Shown: piece after piece, positions 1 through 9,156 of the stretch
How positions within the stretch are numbered: position 1 is the stretch's first letter
Layout: every line of letters starts with the position of its first letter
Origin: an uncultured Lentisphaeria bacterium
GTDB lineage: Bacteria > Verrucomicrobiota > Lentisphaeria > JABSQK01 > JAJFLO01
DNA length: 32,000 nucleotides
Assembly: GCA_951812855.1 (NCBI GenBank)
Contig: OX638337.1
Location: forward strand, 1,230,001-1,262,000
Reading direction: 5' to 3'
The notes under the pieces: model-generated
Database searches by the model: none
Told to the model about the DNA's origin: nothing
The model's input: only the letters and a program-made list of their open reading frames with translations
Program-made: the position numbers and the translations under genes

Positions 1-26
1 AAAATGTAAGGAATAAAACGATTGAA

Positions 27-1796
27 ATGAATGCAAAAGAGCTGAGACAAAAATATTTGGGTTTCTTTAAAAAATATAATCATAAAGAAATAAAAAGTGC
101 ACCGCTGATACCGGATAATGATCCAACTGTATTATTTATTACAGCCGGTATGCATCCTCTTGTTCCCTATTTACTGGGACAGAAACATCCTCTGGGAAAG
201 CGCCTTGTAAATTATCAAAAGTGTATTCGCACCGGTGATATTGATGAGGTTGGTGATGATGTTCATCTGACATTTTTCGAAATGTTGGGTAACTGGTCTT
301 TAGGTGATTATTTTAAGACTGACGCAATTGAGTACAGTTTTGAATTTTTAACGTCATCGGATTATTTAAATATTTCCCTGGAACAATTAGCATTCACCGT
401 ATTCGCCGGTGATTCCGACGCCCCGTTTGATGAAGAATCTTATAATAAATGGGTGTCATTGGGAGTCTCACCCGACCGAATCGCTAAATTGGGAAAGAGT
501 GACAATTGGTGGGGACCTCCTGGAAAAACCGGACCATGCGGTCCGGATACAGAAATTTTTTATTGGAGTGGTACTGAACCTCCCCCTGAAAAATTTGAGC
601 CGGAAGATAAACGATGGGTTGAAATATGGAATGACGTATTCATGCAGTATAACAAAACATTAACCGGTGAATTTGAGCCGCTTTCTAAACCAAATGTTGA
701 TACCGGGATGGGCGTTGAAAGAGTAACCGCAGTTTTACAGGGAAAATCAAGTGTTTATGATACAGAATTATTTCAGCCGTTGTTTGCGAAATTAAGTCAA
801 ATCTCAGATTGCGAAAATCCCGGAGATACACAAAGTGGCCGGATTATTGTTGAACATTTGCGTTCAAGTACATTTATTCTGGCCGATGGCATTTCTCCAT
901 CCAGCGTTGACCAGGGATATGTTCTTCGTCGATTAATCAGACGTGCTGTTCGAGAGGGAAGACAATTGGGCATAAAAGAGAAATTTACATCAAAGATCGC
1001 TGAAGAAGTTATAACCGAATACTCCGATGTCTATCCTGAATTACAAACAAATAAAACGTTTATTTTAGATGAATTGGAATGCGAAGAAATACAATTTTCC
1101 AGAACGTTGGAAAAAGGTATTCATGAGTTCAATAAAGTGATTGAGTCGATACCGGCAAATCTTGAGCGAAAAGTTATCAGTGGGCGAAAAGCCTTTTATT
1201 TATACGATACATTCGGATTTCCAATTGAATTGACAATTGAATTGGCAAGAGAGAATGGCTTTGAGGTTGATGAAGCGAAGTTCAAAGCAGCCTTTGAAAA
1301 ACATCGGGAATTGTCACGAAAAGGTGCAGAAAGAAAGTTCAGAGGTGGACTCGCCGACAGATCAGAGGAGACAACAAGACTTCATACAGCAACACATCTG
1401 TTACATCAGGCATTAAGGCAGGTTTTGGGGAATCATGTTGCCCAGAAGGGATCGAATATAACAACCGAACGACTGCGATTCGATTTCTCTCATCCGGTAA
1501 AGCTGGCCGGAGACGAGATACAAGAGGTGGAAAAAATTGTTAACGAAAAGATTTCTGAAGACTTACAGGTTACAAAAGAAGAAATGACAGTAGAAGAAGC
1601 GAAATCTCAGGGGGCAATCGGATTATTCGAGGAGCGATACGGTGAAAGAGTCAGCGTTTATACAATTGGGAATTTTAGTAAAGAAATTTGTGGAGGACCT
1701 CATATTTCAAATACCCAAAAACTAGGCTCTTTTAAGATAAAAAAGGAAGAAAGTTCAAGCCGCGGAATAAGACGAATAAAAGCGGTGTTAAAATAA
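27..1796 (+). CDS. alaS: alanine--tRNA ligase, short form (catalytic, tRNA-recognition and editing core; no C-Ala domain)
   Basis: 589-aa ORF with class-II AlaRS motifs (LFITAGMHP, KCIRTGDIDEVG, FFEMLGNWSLGDYFK, DTGMGVERV). It also has the editing-site HxxxH (HTATHLLH) and CGGPH. The ORF stops just after GIRRIKAV. Confidence 0.9.
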   Translation: MNAKELRQKYLGFFKKYNHKEIKSAPLIPDNDPTVLFITAGMHPLVPYLLGQKHPLGKRLVNYQKCIRTGDIDEVGDDVHLTFFEMLGNWSLGDYFKTDAIEYSFEFLTSSDYLNISLEQLAFTVFAGDSDAPFDEESYNKWVSLGVSPDRIAKLGKSDNWWGPPGKTGPCGPDTEIFYWSGTEPPPEKFEPEDKRWVEIWNDVFMQYNKTLTGEFEPLSKPNVDTGMGVERVTAVLQGKSSVYDTELFQPLFAKLSQISDCENPGDTQSGRIIVEHLRSSTFILADGISPSSVDQGYVLRRLIRRAVREGRQLGIKEKFTSKIAEEVITEYSDVYPELQTNKTFILDELECEEIQFSRTLEKGIHEFNKVIESIPANLERKVISGRKAFYLYDTFGFPIELTIELARENGFEVDEAKFKAAFEKHRELSRKGAERKFRGGLADRSEETTRLHTATHLLHQALRQVLGNHVAQKGSNITTERLRFDFSHPVKLAGDEIQEVEKIVNEKISEDLQVTKEEMTVEEAKSQGAIGLFEERYGERVSVYTIGNFSKEICGGPHISNTQKLGSFKIKKEESSSRGIRRIKAVLK

Positions 1797-1838
1797 ATTT
1801 TACTGTAGTAAAACGATTAAATATATGGAGAATTCAGT

Positions 1839-2393
1839 ATGTCTTTAACACCATCAAATATGATGCCGCTGGGAACACGGGCACCCGACTTTCAGCTGAT
1901 AGATACAGTGTCAAATAAGGAATTAAGTCTAAATTCACTTAAATCAGACGTCGCAACAGTAATTATGTTTATATGTAATCATTGTCCCTATGTAATTCAT
2001 ATTCAGGATGAGCTGGTCAGGCTCGGTAACGACTATAAAAAAAATGGTGTTTCGTTTGTTGCTATTAACTCAAACGATGTATCAAACTATCCGGCAGATT
2101 CACCAGAAAAAATGAAAGAAGTTGCGGAAAAAAACCAATACCCTTTTCCCTACTTATTCGATGAAACTCAGGAAGTAGCAAAATCTTACAATGCAGCATG
2201 TACACCGGATTTTTACATTTTTGACGGTGATTTAAGCTGTGTATATCGTGGACAAATGGACAACTCCAGACCGGGTAACAATGTACCACTGACCGGAAGT
2301 GATATTCGTCAGGCTCTGGATAATATCCTGGAAGGTAATCCGATCGATCAGAATCAGAAGCCGGGTATGGGATGTAATATTAAGTGGAAGTAA
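1839..2393 (+). CDS. thioredoxin-fold thiol-disulfide oxidoreductase (AhpC/TSA-redoxin-like family)
   Basis: 184-aa ORF with a CxxC centre (CNHCPY) in a redoxin-like context and a C-terminal GCNIKWK. GGAG lies 9 nt upstream of the ATG. Confidence 0.75.
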   Translation: MSLTPSNMMPLGTRAPDFQLIDTVSNKELSLNSLKSDVATVIMFICNHCPYVIHIQDELVRLGNDYKKNGVSFVAINSNDVSNYPADSPEKMKEVAEKNQYPFPYLFDETQEVAKSYNAACTPDFYIFDGDLSCVYRGQMDNSRPGNNVPLTGSDIRQALDNILEGNPIDQNQKPGMGCNIKWK

Positions 2394-2465
2394 GCCGGTT
2401 GTGATAAAAATTAAGTACCAGATTATTTTTCTTTCGATATTTTATCCGGGTCTTTTTGAATCTGT

Positions 2466-3248
2466 TTACATTTCTAAAGTTAATCCATCATAGGCAAGAT
2501 TCATAAAATCCGGCAGAGTCTCTTCGGTTTCCTTATGTAACCCAATTCGATGAGTAAGATGTGTAAAATATGTTGTCTTTGGACACAGGGTATGTGATAG
2601 TTCTATTGCTTCCTGCAGATTAAGATGACCAGGATGTTGTTTAGAATCTATCCATAAAGCACTTAATATTAAAATATCTGAATTTTTAACTTTATTTACA
2701 CTTTCCAACGGCAGTGATTTGCAATCAGCCAGGTATGAAATTTTTGCAGATCCACAGTTAAAAACATATCCTTTTACATTTGTTTCACCATGGTTTATGT
2801 CAACGGGATCAACAGTCATATTTTTAACGGTGAATTGGTCATTTGAAACCGTGTTGATATCAAATCGCGGGCGTGTTAATCCCGGACCGGGTTTGGTAAT
2901 GGTATAGTTAAAACATTCTGTAAATTGCGTGTGCATAAAATCCGGCATATAGACAGGAATTTCCTCTTTTTGCAGGTAATTGAATACTCGTAAATCATCA
3001 AGTCCAAAAATATGATCTGCATGAAAATGGGTATAAAGAACGCCATCTATTTTTGTGATTTTTTCCCGAAGACACTGATGTCTGAAATCAGGTCCGGTGT
3101 CAACGATTAGTCGGGTTGACTCATTAATAATTGAAATACTGCATCGTGTCCGGTTATCTCTTGAATCACATGACTGGCATACCCCGCATGAACAGCCAAT
3201 TTGAGGCACACCAAATGACGTACCGGTTCCTAAAAACGTTAATATCAT
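2466..3248 (-). CDS. MBL-fold metallo-hydrolase, PhnP-like phosphodiesterase family
   Basis: 260-aa ORF with the MBL motif HFHADH. The N-terminal Cys cluster (GCSCGVCQSC) resembles the structural Zn site of PhnP-type enzymes. Confidence 0.75.
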   Translation of the reverse strand: MILTFLGTGTSFGVPQIGCSCGVCQSCDSRDNRTRCSISIINESTRLIVDTGPDFRHQCLREKITKIDGVLYTHFHADHIFGLDDLRVFNYLQKEEIPVYMPDFMHTQFTECFNYTITKPGPGLTRPRFDINTVSNDQFTVKNMTVDPVDINHGETNVKGYVFNCGSAKISYLADCKSLPLESVNKVKNSDILILSALWIDSKQHPGHLNLQEAIELSHTLCPKTTYFTHLTHRIGLHKETEETLPDFMNLAYDGLTLEM

Positions 3249-3662
3249 ACGGAAATTCTTTATGTTTTTTCATGTTGGAATTTATGAGAATCCAAAAATC
3301 ACGTAAAATCTATTTGTTATGTACATCTTTTTCAACAGGCCTGTGAATATTGCTCAAATCACGATTCTGATAGCAAATAGTTACTATAGACAGTTAACAA
3401 CTTCAGTTATATGTTTTTGAGGAGCGATTTTCCAGTATGATATGGGTCTTTATTAATTCAAAACAAAACTCTAAGAAAGTTACACCCCCGCGATGTCTTG
3501 CAAGTTTGGAACTGCTGCCAATAAAAACGAAGTTAAAAATAGGTTTTATCTTGATCGGTCAGATTAATAAATTAGAAGCGTATGAATTTCGAGAATATCA
3601 ACCATTATATGATTATATTTTTTTGTCGGATTCAAACCGTATCCCCTGAATTGTTATTACTC

Positions 3663-3678
3663 TGGCACTTTCCCCGCA
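3663..3678 (+). promoter_or_regulatory. candidate sigma-54 (-24/-12) promoter, TGGCAC-N7-GCA
   Basis: The sequence is TGGCACTTTCCCCGCA. GG (3664-3665) and GC (3676-3677) are separated by exactly 10 nt, as in the TGGCAC-N5-TTGCW consensus. The -12 element reads CCGC rather than TTGC. The site lies ~110 nt upstream of the hisC ATG, and rpoN is encoded in this window. Confidence 0.2.
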
Positions 3679-3786
3679 TATTAATTTGTCCTGAATCTAC
3701 TTGTATATGAGAATAGAAAAACAAAGAATCCCGGAAAAGTGATTGTCATCATCTCAACATCTAAAATCCTCCTTTTAAAGCTGTAA

Positions 3787-4905
3787 ATGAATAAAATTAC
3801 TGTGAATATTACGCAAAAAATAAATACCCGGATTAAGCAAATTTCACCCTATGATCCCGGGAAACCGATTGAAGTTGCTGCAGAAAATTATGGATTAGAT
3901 GTCAATGATATCATTAAGTTGGCATCAAACGAAAGTGCCCTGGGTGTATCACCGGCAGCAGTCAGGGCGATTCGGGAAAATGCAGAATCGTGCTTTCGAT
4001 ATCCTGAAGGAAGTGCCTGGAAACTTAGAAATAAAATTGCAAATAAATTTAATGTTTCAGCAGATCAAATAATCATGGGAAACGGGTCAAATGAGATATT
4101 GACATTTATTGGCCACTGTTTTATGAATAATGCAACATCAGTTGTTTCAAGCGAACATAGTTTTGCGGTTTACAAGATGGTTACACAGCTCTATAATGCA
4201 CGGTCTATTCAAGTTCCTGTGACTCCGGATTTGGTTCTGGACATACATAAAATGGTTGATGCAGTTGAGAGTGACACATCGGTTATTTTTATCTGTAATC
4301 CGAACAATCCAACGGGGACAATGATTAAAAATGAAGACCTGGACTCAGCAGTCGGCAAGATTCCTGAGGACGTATTGGTGGTTATTGACGAAGCCTATGC
4401 TGAAATTGCATTGGAAACAATGCCGGATTCAATTCGATATATTACAGAAAAACCGAATGTTATAATTTGTAGAACATTCTCAAAAGCATATGGTCTGGCA
4501 GGACTGCGTCTGGGGTTTGGTATCGGGCCGGAAAATTTAGTTCAGGCGTTACAAAAAGTCCGGCAGCCTTTTAATGTTAATTTAATCGCACAAATTGCCG
4601 GATCTGCAGCAATTGACGACGATGAATTTATTACCCAATCAAAACAAAATTATCAGGAAGCAAAATTATATCTGGAAAAATTCTGCAAGGATCTTGGCTT
4701 AAAGTACATACCGACGACAACAAATTTTATGCTTATCGATGTTCGCGATGGTATTGAAGTTACAGAACAGTTGCTTAAACGAGGAATTATTGTAAGGTCA
4801 ATGAAAGGATATGACCTGGCACAGTATATCAGAGTTACATTCGGCACACCTGACGAAAATCAAAAATTCGTAAATGTTCTAAGGGAATTACTGAATAAAG
4901 AATAA
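3787..4905 (+). CDS. hisC: histidinol-phosphate aminotransferase
   Basis: 372-aa ORF of the class-II aminotransferase family. It has NPNNPTG and the PLP-lysine motif RTFSKAYGLAGLRLGF. Only 2 nt separate it from tyrS. Confidence 0.85.
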   Translation: MNKITVNITQKINTRIKQISPYDPGKPIEVAAENYGLDVNDIIKLASNESALGVSPAAVRAIRENAESCFRYPEGSAWKLRNKIANKFNVSADQIIMGNGSNEILTFIGHCFMNNATSVVSSEHSFAVYKMVTQLYNARSIQVPVTPDLVLDIHKMVDAVESDTSVIFICNPNNPTGTMIKNEDLDSAVGKIPEDVLVVIDEAYAEIALETMPDSIRYITEKPNVIICRTFSKAYGLAGLRLGFGIGPENLVQALQKVRQPFNVNLIAQIAGSAAIDDDEFITQSKQNYQEAKLYLEKFCKDLGLKYIPTTTNFMLIDVRDGIEVTEQLLKRGIIVRSMKGYDLAQYIRVTFGTPDENQKFVNVLRELLNKE

Positions 4906-4907
4906 TA

Positions 4908-6221
4908 ATGAATGTATTTGATCTATTAAAGCATCGTGGTTTTATCTATCAATTGACAGATGATACAGAAATAGAAGAAAAACTGGCAAATGATAAATTA
5001 GTCTTCTATATCGGCATTGATCCAACAGCTGACAGTTTACACATCGGACATCTTCTCCCGTTGATGGCTGCTAAATGGCTGCAGGAATATGGACATAAGC
5101 CTATTATCTTAATCGGTGGCGGAACAGCAATGGTCGGGGACCCGTCCGGCAAAACAGAAATGAGAATGATGCTGACTGATAAGCAGATACAATCTCATGG
5201 GCAGGCATTAAAAGATCAACTGAGTAAATTCATCTTCGTTGATGCACAAACGGACGGATCCCTAAGAGACGATAATTCAGCGATTATTTTAAATAACAGG
5301 GACTGGCTTCAGAATTTAAAATATATTGAATTTCTACGAGACTTTGGCCGACATTTCAGTGTTAATAAAATGCTGGCAGCTGAATCAGTAAAACTCCGAC
5401 TGGAAACAGGCCTTTCATTTTTGGAATTTAACTACTCGCTTTTACAATCTTATGATTTTTATATACTTGCAAAAGATCATAACTGCGTTCTTCAGTTAGG
5501 CGGACAGGATCAATGGGGAAATATTATTGCAGGTGTCGATCTAACCAGACGGATTCTCAGTAAACCAGTTTACGGTATGACGTTTCCACTGTTGACAGAT
5601 AAGCAGGAACGGAAATTCGGCAAGACGGTTGACGGTGCTGTCTGGTTGGATAAATCTAAAACATCCATATTTGACTATTACCAATTTTGGCGAAATGTGG
5701 ATGACGCAGATGTGGGCAGGCTTTTATTTTTTTATACCACTCTTCCGATTGATGAAATCAAATATTTAGCATCATTGGAGGATCCTGAAATAAATCGGGC
5801 GAAAGAAATTCTTGCATTTGAAGCAACATGTTTGGTCCATGGCGAGGATGCGGCAAAAGAGACATTTACTGCAGCAGCCGGGCAGTTCGGCTGTGCGGAT
5901 AAAGAATGTAAAATTAAAACATCCAGTAAAATTAAAAATATAGAAATTCACGATAATTCTTTAAATTTGCCCTCTTACACTATTACGAATTCGGATATGG
6001 ATAACGGATACTGGATCATTAAACTCATTGTCGATTCGGGACTCGAAAATTCAAATGGAGCTGCGAGACGTCTGATTAAGGGGGGAGGAGCTTATCTCAA
6101 TGATTCCCGGATAACGGATATGGATAAAGAGATTAAGCGTTCAGATTTTAGTAACGGAAAATTAACACTTCGAAGTGGCAAAAAGAACCTGCGCCAAATA
6201 ATACTTTCAAATTCACGATAA
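4908..6221 (+). CDS. tyrS: tyrosine--tRNA ligase
   Basis: 437-aa ORF with class-I HIGH (SLHIGHL) and KMSKS-type (KFGKT) motifs. The C-terminus carries an S4-like domain (AARRLIKGGGAYLN). Confidence 0.9.
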   Translation: MNVFDLLKHRGFIYQLTDDTEIEEKLANDKLVFYIGIDPTADSLHIGHLLPLMAAKWLQEYGHKPIILIGGGTAMVGDPSGKTEMRMMLTDKQIQSHGQALKDQLSKFIFVDAQTDGSLRDDNSAIILNNRDWLQNLKYIEFLRDFGRHFSVNKMLAAESVKLRLETGLSFLEFNYSLLQSYDFYILAKDHNCVLQLGGQDQWGNIIAGVDLTRRILSKPVYGMTFPLLTDKQERKFGKTVDGAVWLDKSKTSIFDYYQFWRNVDDADVGRLLFFYTTLPIDEIKYLASLEDPEINRAKEILAFEATCLVHGEDAAKETFTAAAGQFGCADKECKIKTSSKIKNIEIHDNSLNLPSYTITNSDMDNGYWIIKLIVDSGLENSNGAARRLIKGGGAYLNDSRITDMDKEIKRSDFSNGKLTLRSGKKNLRQIILSNSR

Positions 6222-6402
6222 CTGAAACATGACGTGATGCCCGAGTTAATATAACCTCTTTGAACCACGGTAATCAGCAGTGAAAATCAAGGAACAAAAT
6301 TCTGTTTCAACACAAGAAGGATTGTATAGTATTTGCACTCACCCGGCCCGGTGTGGGTAATAATTTATTGTTTTTCAATCATTGATTTCTCAGGATAATT
6401 GG

Positions 6403-7338
6403 ATGAAAATTGACGAAGAAAAATACCTCAAATCCTTATTTCCACAATTAACCGGTGATAGTGAAATCATCATTCCCCCGGGTGATGATTGTGCAGGTTT
6501 GAAGTTAAGTGATGACTCCATTTTATTGCTGACAGTTGATCAACTCGCAGAAAACGTTCACTACTGTTCTAAGGATTCAGCCGAACCAACTTGCCCAAAA
6601 AAGGCAGGCAGAAAATTGCTTGCACGAAGTATTAGTGATATTGCAGCTATGGCCGGGAGACCCTTATATGCTCTTCTTGCTGTCAGTATGTCTCCGGAAT
6701 ACAGTCAGGAATGGCTGAATGAATTTACTCTGGGTATCCTGGATCTTGCTGAAGATTACAATATTCACATTATTGGAGGAGACTTGGCTTCAGCAAATAC
6801 AAATGTTGCCAGTTTAACATTACTGGGGATGGTTTCTACAAAACAGGTATGCAAACGAAATCAGGCCAATGCTGGAGATGTTATTTTTGTTACCGGTGAA
6901 TTTGGCGGTTCTCTCGAGACCGGAAAGCATCTTGATTTTCAGCCTAGATTAGACGAAGCATTGTGGCTGGCAGAAAATGATTTTACAAACACAATAATTG
7001 ATATCAGTGATGGCTTAATTCAGGATCTGGTACGTCTGTGTAACGCGTCTTCAGTCAGTGCTGTTATCGATGAAAATAATATTCCACGATCAAAAATTAA
7101 TGACTTGGAATTACCGCTTAAAAATGCGTATCTGGATGGCGAGGATTATGAATTGTTATTTGCCGTTCCAGAGCGACGAAAATACGAATTAATTGATCAA
7201 TGGCCATTTAATGTTCGATTAACACACATTGGTCAATTAATAGAAATTGAAACCGAAATATCAATCGTTACAAACCATGGAAATAACGTAACGCCACTGG
7301 TGGAAGATTCCTTCGACCATTTCGAGGTTCAGCCTTAA
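6403..7338 (+). CDS. thiL: thiamine-monophosphate kinase
   Basis: AIR-synthase-fold kinase motifs GDDCAGL, IIGGDLA and ISDGL are present. The ORF opens at TTG 6382, but the first ATG at 6403 gives a typical ThiL N-terminus, so the start is uncertain by 21 nt. Confidence 0.8.
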   Translation: MKIDEEKYLKSLFPQLTGDSEIIIPPGDDCAGLKLSDDSILLLTVDQLAENVHYCSKDSAEPTCPKKAGRKLLARSISDIAAMAGRPLYALLAVSMSPEYSQEWLNEFTLGILDLAEDYNIHIIGGDLASANTNVASLTLLGMVSTKQVCKRNQANAGDVIFVTGEFGGSLETGKHLDFQPRLDEALWLAENDFTNTIIDISDGLIQDLVRLCNASSVSAVIDENNIPRSKINDLELPLKNAYLDGEDYELLFAVPERRKYELIDQWPFNVRLTHIGQLIEIETEISIVTNHGNNVTPLVEDSFDHFEVQP

Positions 7339-7351
7339 AAAAATAAGAATG

Positions 7352-7411
7352 ACCCCGGGATGCGGCAAATAAGGTTCCGGAGCCGGTTTCGTTTGTCCCG
7401 GCCGGGGTTTT
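7352..7411 (+). terminator. candidate terminator hairpin downstream of thiL
   Basis: ACCCCGG (7352-7358) pairs perfectly with CCGGGGT (7402-7408) and is followed by TTT. The enclosed 43-nt loop is long and the U-tail short, so this is only a candidate. Confidence 0.3.
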
Positions 7412-7629
7412 AAAGCAGAATTTGGATTTTAGATTTCAGGAATGTTATCGAAAAATTTGTAACCCTGAAACAATATTCAACGCCCTGATTTTCCTTAAAT
7501 TAATAAAATCAGATCGTTTTTTGAGTGATTGTATTTAAGATTGAATGGAATCACATGATTATTCCAAAAAAATTCGAAAATTATTAACCCTGTTACTGAG
7601 TGTAGGCTCGGACACGTATTGAATAACCA

Positions 7630-9057
7630 GTGGCTTCTACACAAGTGCCGGCAAGTAAACCCATGAGTGGTATTAACGTTTTTATGACAAAAAAACACGT
7701 CTCTCCATTTTTTAAATCAATCACTGATCTTACCAAAAATAAACTTTCTGTTGTTGGGTTTTCAGTTGTTTTAGCGGTCAGTATTTTATGTGTATTCGCA
7801 CCGATTATTTGCTCGAACAGTCCAACACAAATTCACCCCTGGATCGGATCCCGGTCACCCGGATATCAATCTCCGCCCTGCTTATCAGAAAATGTGTTTA
7901 CAGTTGGACTTTCCCCGGAAACATCAATAAGAGTGCTTGGATATAAAGCCTTAAACTATACGGTTAAACGGTCAATTTCGGAACGACTGCGAATTGTGGT
8001 GAAACGCGGCAATATTCACAAACTTACCCTATTGACCGGAGCGAAGAGTTTGATGGAATATGATCTAAACTCAGGGTTTGAAACCGCCTGGGAATTAAAC
8101 GAATCAGATGAAAGGGGGCGTCGCTTACCTGAAGTAAATTTAAAAATTGGTGAGCCTGTACCGGAAGGCTTAATGAATCCGGGCCAACGGGTTATGATCG
8201 TCCAACTTATCAAAAAGGCGGATGATGAAATTATCCGGTTTGAATTTAATAATGAGATTGTAAAACGAATCAGACGAGATGGCACAGAGATCGATAAAAT
8301 ATCATTAAAAGGCGAATCGATCACAAGTATCAGGACGGATAGTGGGAACGTGCTGAGGATGACGTTTCTACTGGGTACCGATGAATTAGGGCGCGATTTG
8401 TTCAGTCGAATTTTATATGGCGGCAGAATCTCTCTTCTTATCGGAATTGTAGCAACTGCAGTCAGTTTGTTGATTGGAGTTTGTTACGGAGCAATTTCAG
8501 GGTATTCAGGAGGTAAAATCGATCAAATTATGATGAATATAATTGATATACTCTATGCAATACCATTCATGTTTTTGGTCATAATTCTTCTGGTGTTGTT
8601 TGGCAGAAATATTGTCATACTTTTCATCGCCCTGGGTGCAGTACAATGGTTAACTATGGCCAGAATTGTTCGGGGACAGATTTTTTCGTTAAAAGAAAAA
8701 GAATTTGTTGATGCTGCCCGGGTCTGTGGTGCAAGCTCAAAACGAATAATTTTCTATCATTTAATACCAAACGCGATTGGGCCCATTATTGTTTATGCGA
8801 CATTGACAGTTCCTGTCGTCATTCTTGAAGAGAGTTTTCTGGCGTTTATCGGGTTATCCGTTCAATTCAATGGACAAAACCTTGATTCCTGGGGATCTCT
8901 TGTACAACAGGGCATGCTGTCACTTGGGACCGGAGGTGAACGATATTGGCTCCTGATTGGTCCGTCACTTACTATGGCTCTTACCTTATTCGGATTAAAT
9001 TGTTTGGGTGATGGCCTAAGAGATTGTTTCGATCCAAAAACAAAATCAAACAGATAG
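7630..9057 (+). CDS. peptide ABC transporter permease, OppC/DppC-like, with a large extracytoplasmic insertion
   Basis: 475-aa ORF. The C-terminal ~230 aa form a binding-protein-dependent permease core (LGTDELGRDLFSRILYGGRISL; FVDAARVCGASSKRIIFYHLIPN). About 175 extra residues sit between TM1 and this core. The start is uncertain (GTG 7630, ATG 7663 or ATG 7684). Confidence 0.85.
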   Translation: MASTQVPASKPMSGINVFMTKKHVSPFFKSITDLTKNKLSVVGFSVVLAVSILCVFAPIICSNSPTQIHPWIGSRSPGYQSPPCLSENVFTVGLSPETSIRVLGYKALNYTVKRSISERLRIVVKRGNIHKLTLLTGAKSLMEYDLNSGFETAWELNESDERGRRLPEVNLKIGEPVPEGLMNPGQRVMIVQLIKKADDEIIRFEFNNEIVKRIRRDGTEIDKISLKGESITSIRTDSGNVLRMTFLLGTDELGRDLFSRILYGGRISLLIGIVATAVSLLIGVCYGAISGYSGGKIDQIMMNIIDILYAIPFMFLVIILLVLFGRNIVILFIALGAVQWLTMARIVRGQIFSLKEKEFVDAARVCGASSKRIIFYHLIPNAIGPIIVYATLTVPVVILEESFLAFIGLSVQFNGQNLDSWGSLVQQGMLSLGTGGERYWLLIGPSLTMALTLFGLNCLGDGLRDCFDPKTKSNR

Positions 9058-9156
9058 AATAAACCTTGAAACAATTTCTTCTGCTCAAAATCTCACTTAG
9101 GGAGTTTATCATTATGTATACAAACGAAACTCTTAAAAATTCAAATCTCTGTTTCA

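Noticed and set aside
3437-3649. A 70-codon ORF in the long spacer upstream of hisC, preceded by GAGGAG.
   Set aside because: I did not call it as a gene. The SD spacing is long (12 nt), the peptide has no motif, TM segment or signal, and I cannot check conservation. It is kept only as a note in the spacer finding.
6253-6295. A THI-box-like string upstream of thiL (ACCTCTTTGAACCACGGTAATCAGCAGTG...AAGGAAC). It resembles the ACCCTTTGAACCTGATCTGGATAATGCCAGCG...AGGGAA half of TPP riboswitches.
   Set aside because: The near-invariant CUGAGA element is absent; only CTGAAA and CCGAGT are nearby. The P4/P5 helices cannot be drawn. thiL is also not a usual riboswitch target, so this is probably a chance resemblance.
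8016-8324. 102-codon antisense ORFs at 8016-8324, 14772-15080 and 26118-26426, plus other 60-80-codon ORFs nested in or opposite annotated genes (e.g. 409-663, 2065-2289, 4653-4847, 11171-11396, 20268-20847, 28877-29951, 31297-31637).
   Set aside because: All overlap strong homology-supported CDS in another frame or strand. Their translations are low-complexity or Cys/Ser/Phe-rich junk without motifs.
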